Shown in pieces: positions 8,232 through 18,853 of a stretch of 64,000 nucleotides of DNA. The first letter of the stretch is position 1, and every line of letters starts with the position of its first letter. The notes under the pieces are model-generated. The model made no database searches, was not told the DNA's origin, and saw nothing but the letters and a program-made list of their open reading frames with translations. This DNA is from a virus: positions 16,059 to 80,058 of IMG/VR virus record IMGVR_UViG_3300010389_003143; one strand, 5' to 3'. The position numbers and the translations under genes are program-made.

Positions 8232-10313
8232 TTATTTTTGCTCTAACGTTTTTAGAATATTCTTGCACTTTGGATAAGCAGAGCATCCGAAAAACTTTCC
8301 GTACCTTCCTTTTCTCTCAAGCATTGTTCCCTTTTTGCACTTTGGACATTTATGCCCAGTATCCTTTGCGGGAGGCTTTTTGCTTTCTACCGGAATGCCG
8401 TCCTCACCTATGGCTGCGCTAAATTTGCAAACAGGATAAGCTTTGCATCCATAAAACTCTCCATTTCTGCCCTTTCTTTTAACTAAGATGTTCGAACACT
8501 TCGGACATTTATGGCCAGTTTCAACGCTTACTTTTGTAGATGACTTTCCATCTATAGACAGGGTTCCGTCGCAATTAGGCCAATCAGAGCAGCCGAGGAA
8601 GGCTCCATGCTTTGATATTTTCTTGACCATCTTTGATGAGCATTTGGGGCACTTATGATCGACGATAAAGGTGTCTGGCAAAGAAGACTGATTTGCAGTA
8701 TTTATTTGAGAATCTAAGTCGACGTTAAATGATGATAATGTTTTTTTATAATCCTTATTGCCTGCGGCAATGTCATCAAGATTTGATTCCATTTCCGATG
8801 TAAACTTCTTATCTACAATACGGGGAAAATAAGCCGAAAGATAATCAGAAACCATTATCCCAATATCTGTAGCAGATAAGGACTTTTTGACTCTAGATAT
8901 GTACTTACGATTAATTAGAGTATCCAGAATTGAAGCGTAAGTGCTCGGTCTGCCAACCCCCTCTTTTTCCAGCAGCTTGATAATTGATGCGTCAGAGAAT
9001 CGGTTGGGCGGTTTTGTGAAATTCTGCTGCCCAACAACGTCCTCCCACGGAACAGCATCTCCAACGCTCAAGGCAGGAAGGATTACGTCATCTTTTATTT
9101 CGCCATAAACCTTTAAGAATCCGTCAAAGACGAGTGTGCTACCGTTCTTCTTGAACCCATAGTCGGCTTTTCCGTTATACTCAAGCTTTAGAGAAACTTG
9201 ATCAAACTGAGCTGATGCCATCTGGCTTGCAGTAAATCTTGCATCAATTAACTTTAATAGCTTCTTTTCATCACTTGATACCGGATCAACGGGGGAATCG
9301 TAAGTTGGCCGAATGGCTTCGTGAGCGTCCTGCGCACCTCCACTTGGGCCATAGCTGATGGTTGATGGCGATAGATAATTTTTACCATACTTCTTTTCTA
9401 TCTTTTTCCTTAAGTCAGCGACCTTGGCTGGATCAGTTCTCGTACTATCAGTACGATGATAGGTAATCATACCCTGGCTGAATAGATTTTGCGCAACTGA
9501 CATCGTCTTTTTTGCGCCCCAGCCAAATGCATTCGACGCGGCTTGCTGCAGCGTAGAGGTGATGAAGGGAGGGTAGGGTTTTCTGGTCCTGCTCTTTGTT
9601 TGGTATTCGGAAACAATAAGATCTTTCTTTCCGGAAGTCATATCCTTTAGGATTTTATCTGCATCTGCCTTCGTCTTTGGAACATAGGAGTTTCCGTTTA
9701 GCGCAAAAAAGTCTGCGCAAAAGTCCTTCTTTGTTTTTACCTCGATTGTCCAATACTCTTCCGGCTTAAATGCACTTATTTCCTTTTCGCGATCTGATAT
9801 AATCTTAAGAGCTACTGACTGAACCCTTCCGGCGCTAGTGCCGCGAAGTCCTTTTGTCCACATTATTGGACTTACCTTAAAGCCAACGAGGCGATCCGTT
9901 ATTCTGCGGGCCTGCTGCGCATTATAAAGGTTGTCATCTAGCTTTCCAGGGTTTTTTAAGGCCTTCTTGACAGCGTCTTTGGTAATTGCATTGAACTTAA
10001 TGCGATGAATGTTTGTGCAAGTTTTTGGCAGGATGCTCGCAATGTGAAAAGCAATTGCCTCGCCCTCTCTATCTGGGTCAGTCGCAATATATATGGTGTC
10101 GTGCTTTTTCGCCTCTTCCTTGATCGAGCGGACAACATCTTTTTTATCAGAGTTAACCTTATAGGTGGCCTCAAATGACTCTACATTAATCCCAAGATTC
10201 TTTTTTGACAGATCCATTATATGGCCGACCGATGCCATAATAGTGTAGTTGGACCCCAGGATCTTACGCAGTTTTGATATCTTGTTTGGCGATTCGATTA
10301 GAACCAGCGGCAT
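8232..10313 (-). CDS. topA: Type IA DNA topoisomerase with C-terminal Zn ribbons
   Basis: IESPNK, ATDPDREGEAI, SAGRVQS, ITYHRTDS (catalytic Tyr), AQDAHEAIRPT, GVGRPSTY and three C4 ribbons; likely start MPLVLIE at 10313 after AGGAG. Confidence 0.97.
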   Translation of the reverse strand: MPLVLIESPNKISKLRKILGSNYTIMASVGHIMDLSKKNLGINVESFEATYKVNSDKKDVVRSIKEEAKKHDTIYIATDPDREGEAIAFHIASILPKTCTNIHRIKFNAITKDAVKKALKNPGKLDDNLYNAQQARRITDRLVGFKVSPIMWTKGLRGTSAGRVQSVALKIISDREKEISAFKPEEYWTIEVKTKKDFCADFFALNGNSYVPKTKADADKILKDMTSGKKDLIVSEYQTKSRTRKPYPPFITSTLQQAASNAFGWGAKKTMSVAQNLFSQGMITYHRTDSTRTDPAKVADLRKKIEKKYGKNYLSPSTISYGPSGGAQDAHEAIRPTYDSPVDPVSSDEKKLLKLIDARFTASQMASAQFDQVSLKLEYNGKADYGFKKNGSTLVFDGFLKVYGEIKDDVILPALSVGDAVPWEDVVGQQNFTKPPNRFSDASIIKLLEKEGVGRPSTYASILDTLINRKYISRVKKSLSATDIGIMVSDYLSAYFPRIVDKKFTSEMESNLDDIAAGNKDYKKTLSSFNVDLDSQINTANQSSLPDTFIVDHKCPKCSSKMVKKISKHGAFLGCSDWPNCDGTLSIDGKSSTKVSVETGHKCPKCSNILVKRKGRNGEFYGCKAYPVCKFSAAIGEDGIPVESKKPPAKDTGHKCPKCKKGTMLERKGRYGKFFGCSAYPKCKNILKTLEQK

Positions 10314-10407
10314 GTTGTCTCCTATCGAAAAAAATAATAGCCATGGCCCTTGGCTTTGACAACCTTTTTTGACCATGGCTAAATTTTATTGCGCTTAAAT
10401 AAGCCCG

Positions 10408-10602
10408 TTAATCATCATCCTCTATGATCGATAAGAGTGTATCTCGATCCTTTGGATCGACAAATGGAATGGCCTCCCTCATCGTCATAAAGAAATTGCT
10501 ATTATTAAAATATTTTAACAAGATATATTCGACGAACATTTTTGACTCTATATCTTGTTGCTTTTGGCATTGTGCTATAACATCTATAAAAGTAAGGTTC
10601 AT
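10408..10602 (-). CDS. Hypothetical protein
   Basis: GGAGG RBS; 64 aa. Confidence 0.55.
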   Translation of the reverse strand: MNLTFIDVIAQCQKQQDIESKMFVEYILLKYFNNSNFFMTMREAIPFVDPKDRDTLLSIIEDDD

Positions 10603-10672
10603 ATAGCCCTCCTATGAGGTTTACCCCTCAATGTAATGCACAAATATTAGCCGCACTCTTTAATGTGCCGTT

Positions 10673-11185
10673 TTAATCAGTGCTTCCAAAGCCGCCATCT
10701 CCCCGATCTGTGTCGGAAGTTTCTTCTAGTACAAAGTCGCAATTATTTCTTTTTCTCAAGATAGCCTGGAACATCTTTGGTTTTTCTCTGAGAATGAGAT
10801 TGGCAACGGCCGTCATTGTTTGGGGTCGAGAACCAAAAATGCTGACCAAGCCTCCAGCATAGCTGTCTGAAGGAGAGCCAAAGCCTTCATGCTTGTGATG
10901 AACTCTTACAGGAACCAAGATTTCTCCTCGGTAATGCTCATCGATTACCCCGATTGAATTAGCCATAGATAAGGGGAGCTTTGATATAGAGCTTCTTGGA
11001 ACTACTTCAAAATAATAACCCTTAGGCGGCTCAAGGGATAGCCCGGTTCTAAAGAATATTACATCGCCACTCATCTTGTGGACATCGATGAATGTTAAGT
11101 CGTAGCCCGTATCTGACTCATGAGCCCTGGCGGGCACTTGGGCTCTTTCATCTAGCAGCTCTACCTTAGTCTTTAGTTTTGGCAT
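10673..11185 (-). CDS. dut: Trimeric dUTPase with an internal insertion
   Basis: DTGYDL, PRSS, GVIDEHYRGEI, RGDGGFGST; about 35-aa insertion before motif IV. Confidence 0.92.
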   Translation of the reverse strand: MPKLKTKVELLDERAQVPARAHESDTGYDLTFIDVHKMSGDVIFFRTGLSLEPPKGYYFEVVPRSSISKLPLSMANSIGVIDEHYRGEILVPVRVHHKHEGFGSPSDSYAGGLVSIFGSRPQTMTAVANLILREKPKMFQAILRKRNNCDFVLEETSDTDRGDGGFGSTD

Positions 11186-11233
11186 TTATTTTCCTTTCTA
11201 CGAATAATTATGGTTTAAACAGAGGTTGGCAAA

Positions 11234-11452
11234 TTGAGTAATCAAAAACATTTTATAGACCTATCACTAAATATAATCTTTGAAAGCTCGGGCGCAAGAA
11301 AAGATGCACTAATCGCTAAAATTAACGAGTGTATCGAAATGATGCTAGAAGAAGAAGTTTCGATATCTTTCAGCTCATCTGTTAGCTCATTCTCAGAAGA
11401 TCAAGTTTATTCGATGTACTCTTCTGCCGTACCAGAAGAAGGCTATAATTAA
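11234..11452 (+). CDS. Hypothetical acidic protein
   Basis: GAGG RBS with TTG start; fills the gap between minus-strand genes. Confidence 0.45.
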   Translation: MSNQKHFIDLSLNIIFESSGARKDALIAKINECIEMMLEEEVSISFSSSVSSFSEDQVYSMYSSAVPEEGYN

Positions 11453-11856
11453 CCTTCCGTAGCCCATACCATATACTTGTGGATAGCTCTGGCAACATCT
11501 TTGTTCCATTTCTCTTTGTTAATTTCTATCCCGAGTCTTTTGGCAAGACTTAGTCCGCGCTTCCAGGCTTCGACTTCCTCTATTACAGTAAAAGTCTTAT
11601 GTATTTTTGATTTCTCGGAATAACGGTCAAGAACTTCGTCTACATTCACGACAGAATCTGATTCGCCAATCAACAGGTGCCCCGCCTCATGAAGCATGAT
11701 GTGTACTTGCGTTTCTTTTGTTCTAGTTGAATTTATTGAAACAAATTTTGAAACTCTATCTATTGCATCTAATCCTTGGCGATCAATTTCTACGCAATAG
11801 CCTCTTTTTTGAAACCAATAAGCCAAAGAATTTATTGAGTCTTCGTGGCTTGACAA
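11449..11856 (-). CDS. HExxH zinc metallopeptidase (ImmA/IrrE-like)
   Basis: MLHEAGHLL...EEVEAWKRG. Confidence 0.65.
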   Translation of the reverse strand: MSSHEDSINSLAYWFQKRGYCVEIDRQGLDAIDRVSKFVSINSTRTKETQVHIMLHEAGHLLIGESDSVVNVDEVLDRYSEKSKIHKTFTVIEEVEAWKRGLSLAKRLGIEINKEKWNKDVARAIHKYMVWATEG

Positions 11857-11904
11857 AGTGACCCCGCATAATATAAGTACTAAATTTAAAATATTTTTAA
11901 ATTT

Positions 11905-14900
11905 TTATTCTATGGGCCTGCCGTCAGAGAAGGCTGTACCCTCAATATCAACGCCAAGAATAATAACGGCCTGAGATGGAGCCCCCTGATTTGTTATGAT
12001 TCCCCTAAAGTAAACTACATCACCTTCGTAGTAATTATCAATAGGAATCGGCCCGAATGTAAGCTTTCTCGTTCGGTTATCATTGCCGCCACCCTGGGCT
12101 ATTATATCCCCGATATTGCTTGCATTTTGAGTTTGCGAAAATGGAGTTCCCGTATTTATAAGCTCCGTACTTGCGTAGGTACGCGCAATAGGCGCTATTC
12201 CTCCTGCTGGGTCTGCGACCAAAATACCGGTAACTTCCTTTGCGATGGCGTCGACCATAAATTCGCATGGTGCCGTCACCGCAGATGTTCCGCCGCCACC
12301 TCCTGATGCTTCTTTTGTGTAATAATATATGCTAACAAATAGGGGATATGCCGTACAGATTCCATTAGGGATAATGATCTGTGTATCGACGAATTTGGTT
12401 GTATTATCTAGGTCTGAGTTTTGAATTACATGCGTCCACGAGCCTGCGCCGGTACCAACTAAGGTTGTTGAGTTTGTTACAGATCCGCTCTCACTGAAAA
12501 CATTCCCAACGGCTGATACGCTTCTCGTCCACTGTGCAAGCCCAAAAACGCTCCGGTACCCATTATCATTTAGGTTGGTCGAGGTACTTATAAGTTTTAT
12601 CTGCTCAAACGTGGGCAAAGTAGTAACTGCAGTTACAATCCTTACTCTAGCCCATCTTCCGACGACGCCGTTAATCGTTGTTGAGGGCCATGCGGTGCCG
12701 TCGATCCCCATGATTATATTTTCTTCGCTCGATCCTCTTATAAAAACAGAGCTACTGTATCTGTAATTTTCCATCTTACTCAAAGCTTCAACAGAAACTT
12801 CAGTCCAGGTATTTGCTGCCGTCTGTATTTCAAATACATATTCTCCGCCCACCCCCGCAACATCTTGAGCTATTTCATATCCAAAGTACTTTAGATAATT
12901 GCCGGAAACATCCTGCCTTGACACGGTCCAAAGAATTGAGTGTCCTGCCGTGGACCCCTGGAATGTTGCGGTACTGCCCGATGTGCTAGATAGGGCTATG
13001 GTTTCGTCCACGAAATTCGCACCATTGCTAACAGGGCTTGCTGTATTATCCGTAGTAAGGAAGGTGGCCCCAAGGTTATACGGTCTTCCCGTACCGCTCC
13101 AGAAGTTTGATCCAAGCTCCGGGAAGCCTGCAACCAAATCTCCGCCGAGCAGGATAGACGCAGCTCTATTTGTTGCGGTTTCTTCTTGAAGATAATTTAA
13201 AGCAAAGTCAGAGGCAAGCGCTGCAAATGGAAAGTTGAATTTAGATTGCAAAGCAGCAGTAGACTGGACCGCAGTTCTTGTGCCAGCTGCGTTGAATCCG
13301 TCACAGCCTGGATTAATTACGAAATCAAAGAATTGGTCCTGCACCTTTCCTGCGTACAGCCCAATAAAAGCGCCATCGCAATTTATTCTTACTGCGTTTT
13401 CTAAGTTGAAAAAGTTGACTCCATACACAAGTATCGTTGGAGCCAAAGTATTGAGGGTCGGAGAGTTCGTTGCATCCGCGTCTAAACCGTAAACAACGTT
13501 TGAATTTCCAACGTTCATGTCGGCAAGCTGAAGTCTTCCCGAGTCGAAACCTCTCGCCGCCGCATTAATAGAGCCGGCCGATGGTGGAAAATGCAAGCTT
13601 TCCAAAGCTATGGTTCCACCGTCTGATTGCATCCCCGCATCAAAGCCGCCCAAGTCCCATCGTATTTCTGCTCCGATTATCTTTCCTGGACCGTCCTTGT
13701 AAATGCCTCTTGCAGCCCCTGATACGCCATCTCCAAGGAATCTTAGATTGTAAATTCCTCCGGTATCTGTTGCGGCAACTCCAGTAAAGCTTATTCCATC
13801 ATGGGCGGCAGTTGCAAGCTGAATAGTTAAATCTGTTATTGTAACATCAGTGGCGATAGTAAATACATCAGATGTTGCCGCAGTGCTTCCGACCGTAACC
13901 GTCTGCCAAGAGCCCTCCCCTCTAACGGTACGGTTTGCCGGAACTGTAATTCCCCATTCTGCATAAGTTCCGGGGCGGATCATGATTGTATCGCCAGCTG
14001 CTGAGGCAGAAATTGCAGCCGCAATGGTTAAGAACGGCTTGTCAGTTCTGTAGGCAGCGCCTGTTCCGTCATCTCCTTCAACTGCGTCGACATAAACCAC
14101 TCCGTTAACTTGGTTAATAGCAACGAAGCCATCGTCAACAAACCTTTTTGTGACTAGAGACTCGTCTATAAAAGTTGAGCTGTAGTCTGCCGCATATTTC
14201 AGACCCTCTCCGACGGCGGAGTCTGTTATTATGGCGCTAGTTGTAAAATCTAGTCCAAAAGTATCTGATGATACACTTATGCCGTCAGCTGATATGGCTA
14301 TATTTCCGGAGCCAGCGCCAGCATTTGATGCAGAGATTGTCAAAGTTTTGTTTGCAGCGTCATTAGCCTGCATATCGATAAGGAAGGTATCTCTTCCTTG
14401 TGCCGTAACTGTGCCTGAGCTGAAGACGGAAAAAGAGCTTACTTCTGTTGTGCTCCCTATTGTTACAAAATCACTTCCCTGAATATTTAGTCCGCCACTG
14501 TTTAGTGCAAAGCCGATATTTGTAGAGCCTGCAGTTACAATTATATTTCCAAGGTCATAGGCGGTCTGAAGACTTCTGGCTACGGTGGTAGCGTTTGCCA
14601 ATGAAGCTGGAACTACGGCCAGGCTGGTGCTAACTCCCGCATTAACCTCAGCCTGAGTAGCTATCTCAATAAGCCCCTGACCAGATGTGCTTGCAGAATT
14701 TATATCTAGCCTTAAATCTTCATCAGCTCCATCATTAATCTCGGTAAATGCAACTCCGGCTGTGGCCGTAATAATCTTGTCGAATAAATATCCTGCCGTA
14801 GTATCATTTGCAGATACTTTTACTTGCTCACCAGATGAGGCAGCCCACTGCGGGTCAGCTCCTGCGCCCTGCGTTTGGAGAAATTGTCCAGAAGTTCCGG

Positions 14901-15255
14901 CAGGAAGGCGATTCCAATTAGAACCATCGAAATAAATGACATCGCCCTGTACACCTGTTATTTCTGCTGCAGCACCAAGGTTGTCGAATATAGCAATGCT
15001 GCCAGCTGTGCCAGTATGAGCGCTAACCGTCCAGCCCAAATTGGTCAGAGAGGCGTGATTTAGAGTGCCTCCAGCAGCAGCAAGAGCCCATACGGTCCCT
15101 CCTTGACCTATATAAAGGTTGCCAAGTGCATCTAAAAACAAGCTTCCAGCATTTGCGGAGATGATCCCATTCGGATTGCCGCTGCCAGTTAATATTTCGG
15201 TTGAATTGCTATTGTTATCTAGCGTTACTTTGTTTATGCTGAAGTTTGTTGCCAT
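11905..15255 (-). CDS. Tail fibre/spike protein with pectin-lyase-like beta-helix
   Basis: 1116 aa, Gly/Ala/Thr/Ser-rich; GQFLQTQGAGADPQW fibre motif; VYVDAVEGDD...PFLTIAAAI...GDTIMIRPGTY beta-helix start. Confidence 0.75.
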   Translation of the reverse strand: MATNFSINKVTLDNNSNSTEILTGSGNPNGIISANAGSLFLDALGNLYIGQGGTVWALAAAGGTLNHASLTNLGWTVSAHTGTAGSIAIFDNLGAAAEITGVQGDVIYFDGSNWNRLPAGTSGQFLQTQGAGADPQWAASSGEQVKVSANDTTAGYLFDKIITATAGVAFTEINDGADEDLRLDINSASTSGQGLIEIATQAEVNAGVSTSLAVVPASLANATTVARSLQTAYDLGNIIVTAGSTNIGFALNSGGLNIQGSDFVTIGSTTEVSSFSVFSSGTVTAQGRDTFLIDMQANDAANKTLTISASNAGAGSGNIAISADGISVSSDTFGLDFTTSAIITDSAVGEGLKYAADYSSTFIDESLVTKRFVDDGFVAINQVNGVVYVDAVEGDDGTGAAYRTDKPFLTIAAAISASAAGDTIMIRPGTYAEWGITVPANRTVRGEGSWQTVTVGSTAATSDVFTIATDVTITDLTIQLATAAHDGISFTGVAATDTGGIYNLRFLGDGVSGAARGIYKDGPGKIIGAEIRWDLGGFDAGMQSDGGTIALESLHFPPSAGSINAAARGFDSGRLQLADMNVGNSNVVYGLDADATNSPTLNTLAPTILVYGVNFFNLENAVRINCDGAFIGLYAGKVQDQFFDFVINPGCDGFNAAGTRTAVQSTAALQSKFNFPFAALASDFALNYLQEETATNRAASILLGGDLVAGFPELGSNFWSGTGRPYNLGATFLTTDNTASPVSNGANFVDETIALSSTSGSTATFQGSTAGHSILWTVSRQDVSGNYLKYFGYEIAQDVAGVGGEYVFEIQTAANTWTEVSVEALSKMENYRYSSSVFIRGSSEENIIMGIDGTAWPSTTINGVVGRWARVRIVTAVTTLPTFEQIKLISTSTNLNDNGYRSVFGLAQWTRSVSAVGNVFSESGSVTNSTTLVGTGAGSWTHVIQNSDLDNTTKFVDTQIIIPNGICTAYPLFVSIYYYTKEASGGGGGTSAVTAPCEFMVDAIAKEVTGILVADPAGGIAPIARTYASTELINTGTPFSQTQNASNIGDIIAQGGGNDNRTRKLTFGPIPIDNYYEGDVVYFRGIITNQGAPSQAVIILGVDIEGTAFSDGRPIE

Positions 15256-15344
15256 AATCTAAACTTAAAAAATAATAGTTTTATTTTTCTCCAAAAAGAT
15301 GATTGGGCAAAAAACAAATTGCTTTTTGCATCATGCAAATAAAC

Positions 15345-16214
15345 CTAAATTCTTCTTAGAGCACGACCGGCAAATACAGAGCTTGTAGGAGTACCGGTCT
15401 CAGCCCAAATCAAAACAAGCATGTGCTGGCCAGAAACCGGAGCCCTTATCGCAAAGGAAGCTGGAAGCGATGCGAGATAAGTTGATGCATCCAAACTTAC
15501 GGTATAATTATCGACCGTAGCAACCCCGCCAGTTATGCTTTCTGCAAGAAGAAAATTCCAGTCCTGTGGGCTGGCCGCATAAGTTCCGGGGCTGGCTAAC
15601 AGGGAATAAAGAACTTGGGCCCTAATCTCCGTTATCGGTCCTGTCCCAAGGTTTGATACAGTAAAAGAAAAATCTATCTCTCTAAAATCTGAAACGGATA
15701 TAGAGTCTGTCTCCACCTTTGACCCGCTAGTGCCAAAAGCTGTTGGCGTTTGAATGGTGGTCGGAGATGTATCTGAAGTCATTGGTGTTAGCTCCTCTAA
15801 ATTAAGTGGAAAAGTTAAAACTAATAATGATGTGGCCGAAAGAGCGACCCCAACAAAGTAAGCATCCGTGCTAGGCTGGGTTGAGGCCAGTGTGTTCCCG
15901 GTTGTTCCAACATCTGATAGCCAGTACTTTGCGCCACGAGTCAAGCCGGATAGTCCGGTTACGATACCTCCAGAATGACATACAATGCAGTTTGTGGTAT
16001 CTACAACTTCGGATACCACACCAATCGGGGGATTAGAGGATGCGGTGCTCGACGCCGAAATAACAACCTTATCATCTACTGAGCCGTCCTGATAAACAAC
16101 ATCCCCAACCCCAACTGCGCTAGCATCATTGGTGTAAGAGTGGAGGTTATCCTCTAATGATTTTACGGTTGTTACCCCAGCGGTTAAGCCAAGTACTTTA
16201 TCCTCTCCTGACAT
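15345..16214 (-). CDS. Virion structural protein (DUF2190/cement-like N domain)
   Basis: VGDVVY...IGVV...GLSGLTRGAKYWLS...VGVALSAT pattern typical of phage decoration/fibre modules. Confidence 0.6.
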   Translation of the reverse strand: MSGEDKVLGLTAGVTTVKSLEDNLHSYTNDASAVGVGDVVYQDGSVDDKVVISASSTASSNPPIGVVSEVVDTTNCIVCHSGGIVTGLSGLTRGAKYWLSDVGTTGNTLASTQPSTDAYFVGVALSATSLLVLTFPLNLEELTPMTSDTSPTTIQTPTAFGTSGSKVETDSISVSDFREIDFSFTVSNLGTGPITEIRAQVLYSLLASPGTYAASPQDWNFLLAESITGGVATVDNYTVSLDASTYLASLPASFAIRAPVSGQHMLVLIWAETGTPTSSVFAGRALRRI

Positions 16215-16233
16215 TTTTAGGACTCCTAAATAA

Positions 16234-17814
16234 TTACGGGTTCAGAGCAATAAACTGTGGCTGGAAAAGAATCGTTGTGGAAGTTATTGCATAACCAACT
16301 CTAAAGATTGTTGTTCCAGTTCCGCTTGGGGCAGTGGTAGTTAGCTCGCCGGCCGTCTCCGAAAGATAAACGACATCTCCTGCGGCGCTAAAGCCAGTGA
16401 TAGTCGCCGTTGTTATTGTTGCGCCAGGGGTAGCATTCATATTGACCGTATTGGTTGCAGCTGCAGTATTTGCGGCGAATCCAACAACAAAATCTTTGCC
16501 GTCAGCAGTCGTTGCATCTGCCAGGCCGACCTCTGTTCCGGAAGCTAGATATAGTGCGTCACCTGCGGTTACGCCGCCTGTCTCCGCGACGAACTGGCTG
16601 TTGACCACCTCGCCGTGGGTGTGAAGTGAGTCTGCATTACTTCCGTCCAGAAGAGTGTCTACATTTGCAGCAGTAAAGTTAGCCGTAGTTAGCGCCGTTG
16701 TACCAATCTTAAAGCTAGTGCCAGCAGGAACATCGAGCGTTCCTGATGAAGCCACTATATCGACGGTCGCTGAGCCGACGGTGACCGTTCTGGTTCCGCC
16801 GGTACCTATGTTTATGGCTCCGTTACTAGCGAGATTGCCTATATTGATATCACCGTTAGAGCTGTTAATAGACACATTGCCGCTGGCTCCGGTTGCTCCA
16901 ATGAGCAGGTTGCTTGCAGAGCCTAAGCTTAAGTTTCCAGAGGAAGTTGAAAAGTTTGAGGCACCTGCCGCATCAAGGCTGATGCCAGCACCAGTGCTGT
17001 CTATTGTGACAGCGCCCGTTGCATCAACATTGAATGTACCGGTACCAACTCCGAAGGCGGTTAAATCGGTGCCGCTTATTCCAAAGTCAGCTTGTCCGCC
17101 GCCATTTACAACAAAATTTCCAGAAGATAGCGTAAAAGCTATATCCGTAGTACTCGCCGTGGTTATGGTGGCGCCGACATCATATGCAGACTGTAGGGTT
17201 GAGCCGGCAGAGGTGGCCAAATCAGTGAAAGAAATTGTTCCAGTGTTATCCCCAGTTGCTGTCTCCAGACCTCCAGTTGACTTTGCCCTAAGATAAGTAA
17301 CTGATACTTTAACGACAGTACCCTGTACAGTGCTATCGACAACAAATGTGTTTTGAAGTCCGAGGTCGGTGTCGCTAAGGATAGCCCTGGTTGTAATCGT
17401 ATAGACAGTAGGACCGCCACCAGTTCCATTAACCTCAAATAGCCCATTGTTCGCCGGATCCGCAGCGCCCTGAACCAAGATTATATCTCCGGCAGACAGC
17501 GAGCTGGGATCGACACTTACTCCAACTATATTTGCGTTAGAAAAAGCTCCAGTTGTTACTGGAAAGGTCGTTGCACCAGGGTCAATATTCCAGATTATGC
17601 CGCCGACCTTCGCCGTATCAGCAGTATACTCGGAGTTTAAGAATATAAAGTCATCAGCAGTCTGAATTTCTGAGTTTATAGTTGTGGTGGTTCCATTTAC
17701 AGTTAAGTTTCCGCCTACCGTAAAATCACCACCTATTTCGATTATATCGCTAGCAGCTATTTTCGTGACGACGCCACTATTTAGAACTACCAGCTGATCT
17801 GTATAGGTTGCCAT
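16234..17814 (-). CDS. Fibre-like virion protein
   Basis: GDFTVGGNLTVNGTTTTINS, NADSLHTH motif, C-terminal cement-like module. Confidence 0.7.
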   Translation of the reverse strand: MATYTDQLVVLNSGVVTKIAASDIIEIGGDFTVGGNLTVNGTTTTINSEIQTADDFIFLNSEYTADTAKVGGIIWNIDPGATTFPVTTGAFSNANIVGVSVDPSSLSAGDIILVQGAADPANNGLFEVNGTGGGPTVYTITTRAILSDTDLGLQNTFVVDSTVQGTVVKVSVTYLRAKSTGGLETATGDNTGTISFTDLATSAGSTLQSAYDVGATITTASTTDIAFTLSSGNFVVNGGGQADFGISGTDLTAFGVGTGTFNVDATGAVTIDSTGAGISLDAAGASNFSTSSGNLSLGSASNLLIGATGASGNVSINSSNGDINIGNLASNGAINIGTGGTRTVTVGSATVDIVASSGTLDVPAGTSFKIGTTALTTANFTAANVDTLLDGSNADSLHTHGEVVNSQFVAETGGVTAGDALYLASGTEVGLADATTADGKDFVVGFAANTAAATNTVNMNATPGATITTATITGFSAAGDVVYLSETAGELTTTAPSGTGTTIFRVGYAITSTTILFQPQFIALNP

Positions 17815-17824
17815 TTAATTATTC

Positions 17825-18850
17825 CTAAGAGTTGTAGCCAACTAGATTCGGCTGAAATATAACTTCAGGTACAGACGTAACTCCATCAGCTCCCTGCAGT
17901 ATTCCTACCACAAATATTGCTGTTCCTGAAGCGCCAGGTGGAGTCAGGGTGCCGAGCCCAGGGCTTGTAGATAGATATACCGCGCCACCGTTACTTGAAG
18001 CTAGAGGTGGTGAGGAAAACTTAACTGGAATTAACCTTCCGGGTATAGAGTTTATATCGGAAGTGTTACCAACTGAATAACTGGAAAAAGAAGAACCGAT
18101 TATTCTTGGTTCATTACCTGGAGTCGAAGTAGCAGATCCAAGCTCAACATTGCCAGAAGAATTTATAATCAGAAGGTCCCCTTCTGAAAGATTATCATCA
18201 GTAGTTAAGGATAGAGAGCTTAAGGACCCAGACCCCTTTGCTACCACATCCCATGACGTACCGCCCTGTCCAATATAAAGATCTCCGCCAGAGTCAAGAT
18301 AGAGACTGCCAGAAACAGCAGAAACAACGCCATTTGGATCGCCGGAATCTACGGTTATATCAGCATTAATTGACCCAGTATTTAAGTTTACTTTGGAGGC
18401 AATAACATTTAAACTTCCTGATTCAGATATCAGCTCTATACTTGAAGATACCGCCGATCTAATGGTTGCGCTAGATTCGGCTAGAATTTCGTCTCCAGAG
18501 GAAATAAAAATGTTGCTTCCACCAGTCTCATTCCCAGCAACCAGTACCGTTTGGAGGTCTGAAGGGAAGTCTGCAAGAATTGCCTCGATAGCCGCAACAT
18601 CCGACTCGACCACCTCTAATCTTTCTGTTATTTCTTTTAGGCCGTTTGATGATATATTTATATTATCTAATCTTTCGGCAACCGTATCAAAATCTCCCTG
18701 CGGAAAAATCCCCAGAGCTGTTTCGATATTTATTATAGCACTACGTATCCTGTTCAGCCCCTCTGCGCTGACGGGAGTTATATTGTCCACAAACAGCGGG
18801 AGCTGGGCAAAGCCATCAATTGCCTTGGGGTATATGCTATAATCTGACAT
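17825..18850 (-). CDS. Fibre-like virion protein
   Basis: N-terminal YP...D...LNRIRSAIINIETALG attachment-like motif, coiled coil, and modules shared with the neighbouring fibre genes. Confidence 0.65.
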   Translation of the reverse strand: MSDYSIYPKAIDGFAQLPLFVDNITPVSAEGLNRIRSAIINIETALGIFPQGDFDTVAERLDNINISSNGLKEITERLEVVESDVAAIEAILADFPSDLQTVLVAGNETGGSNIFISSGDEILAESSATIRSAVSSSIELISESGSLNVIASKVNLNTGSINADITVDSGDPNGVVSAVSGSLYLDSGGDLYIGQGGTSWDVVAKGSGSLSSLSLTTDDNLSEGDLLIINSSGNVELGSATSTPGNEPRIIGSSFSSYSVGNTSDINSIPGRLIPVKFSSPPLASSNGGAVYLSTSPGLGTLTPPGASGTAIFVVGILQGADGVTSVPEVIFQPNLVGYNS

Positions 18851-18853
18851 TTA

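Noticed and set aside
12575-18842. Plus-strand ORFs antisense to the fibre genes
   Set aside because: Mirror frames of Gly/Ala/Thr-rich genes with no RBS or motifs
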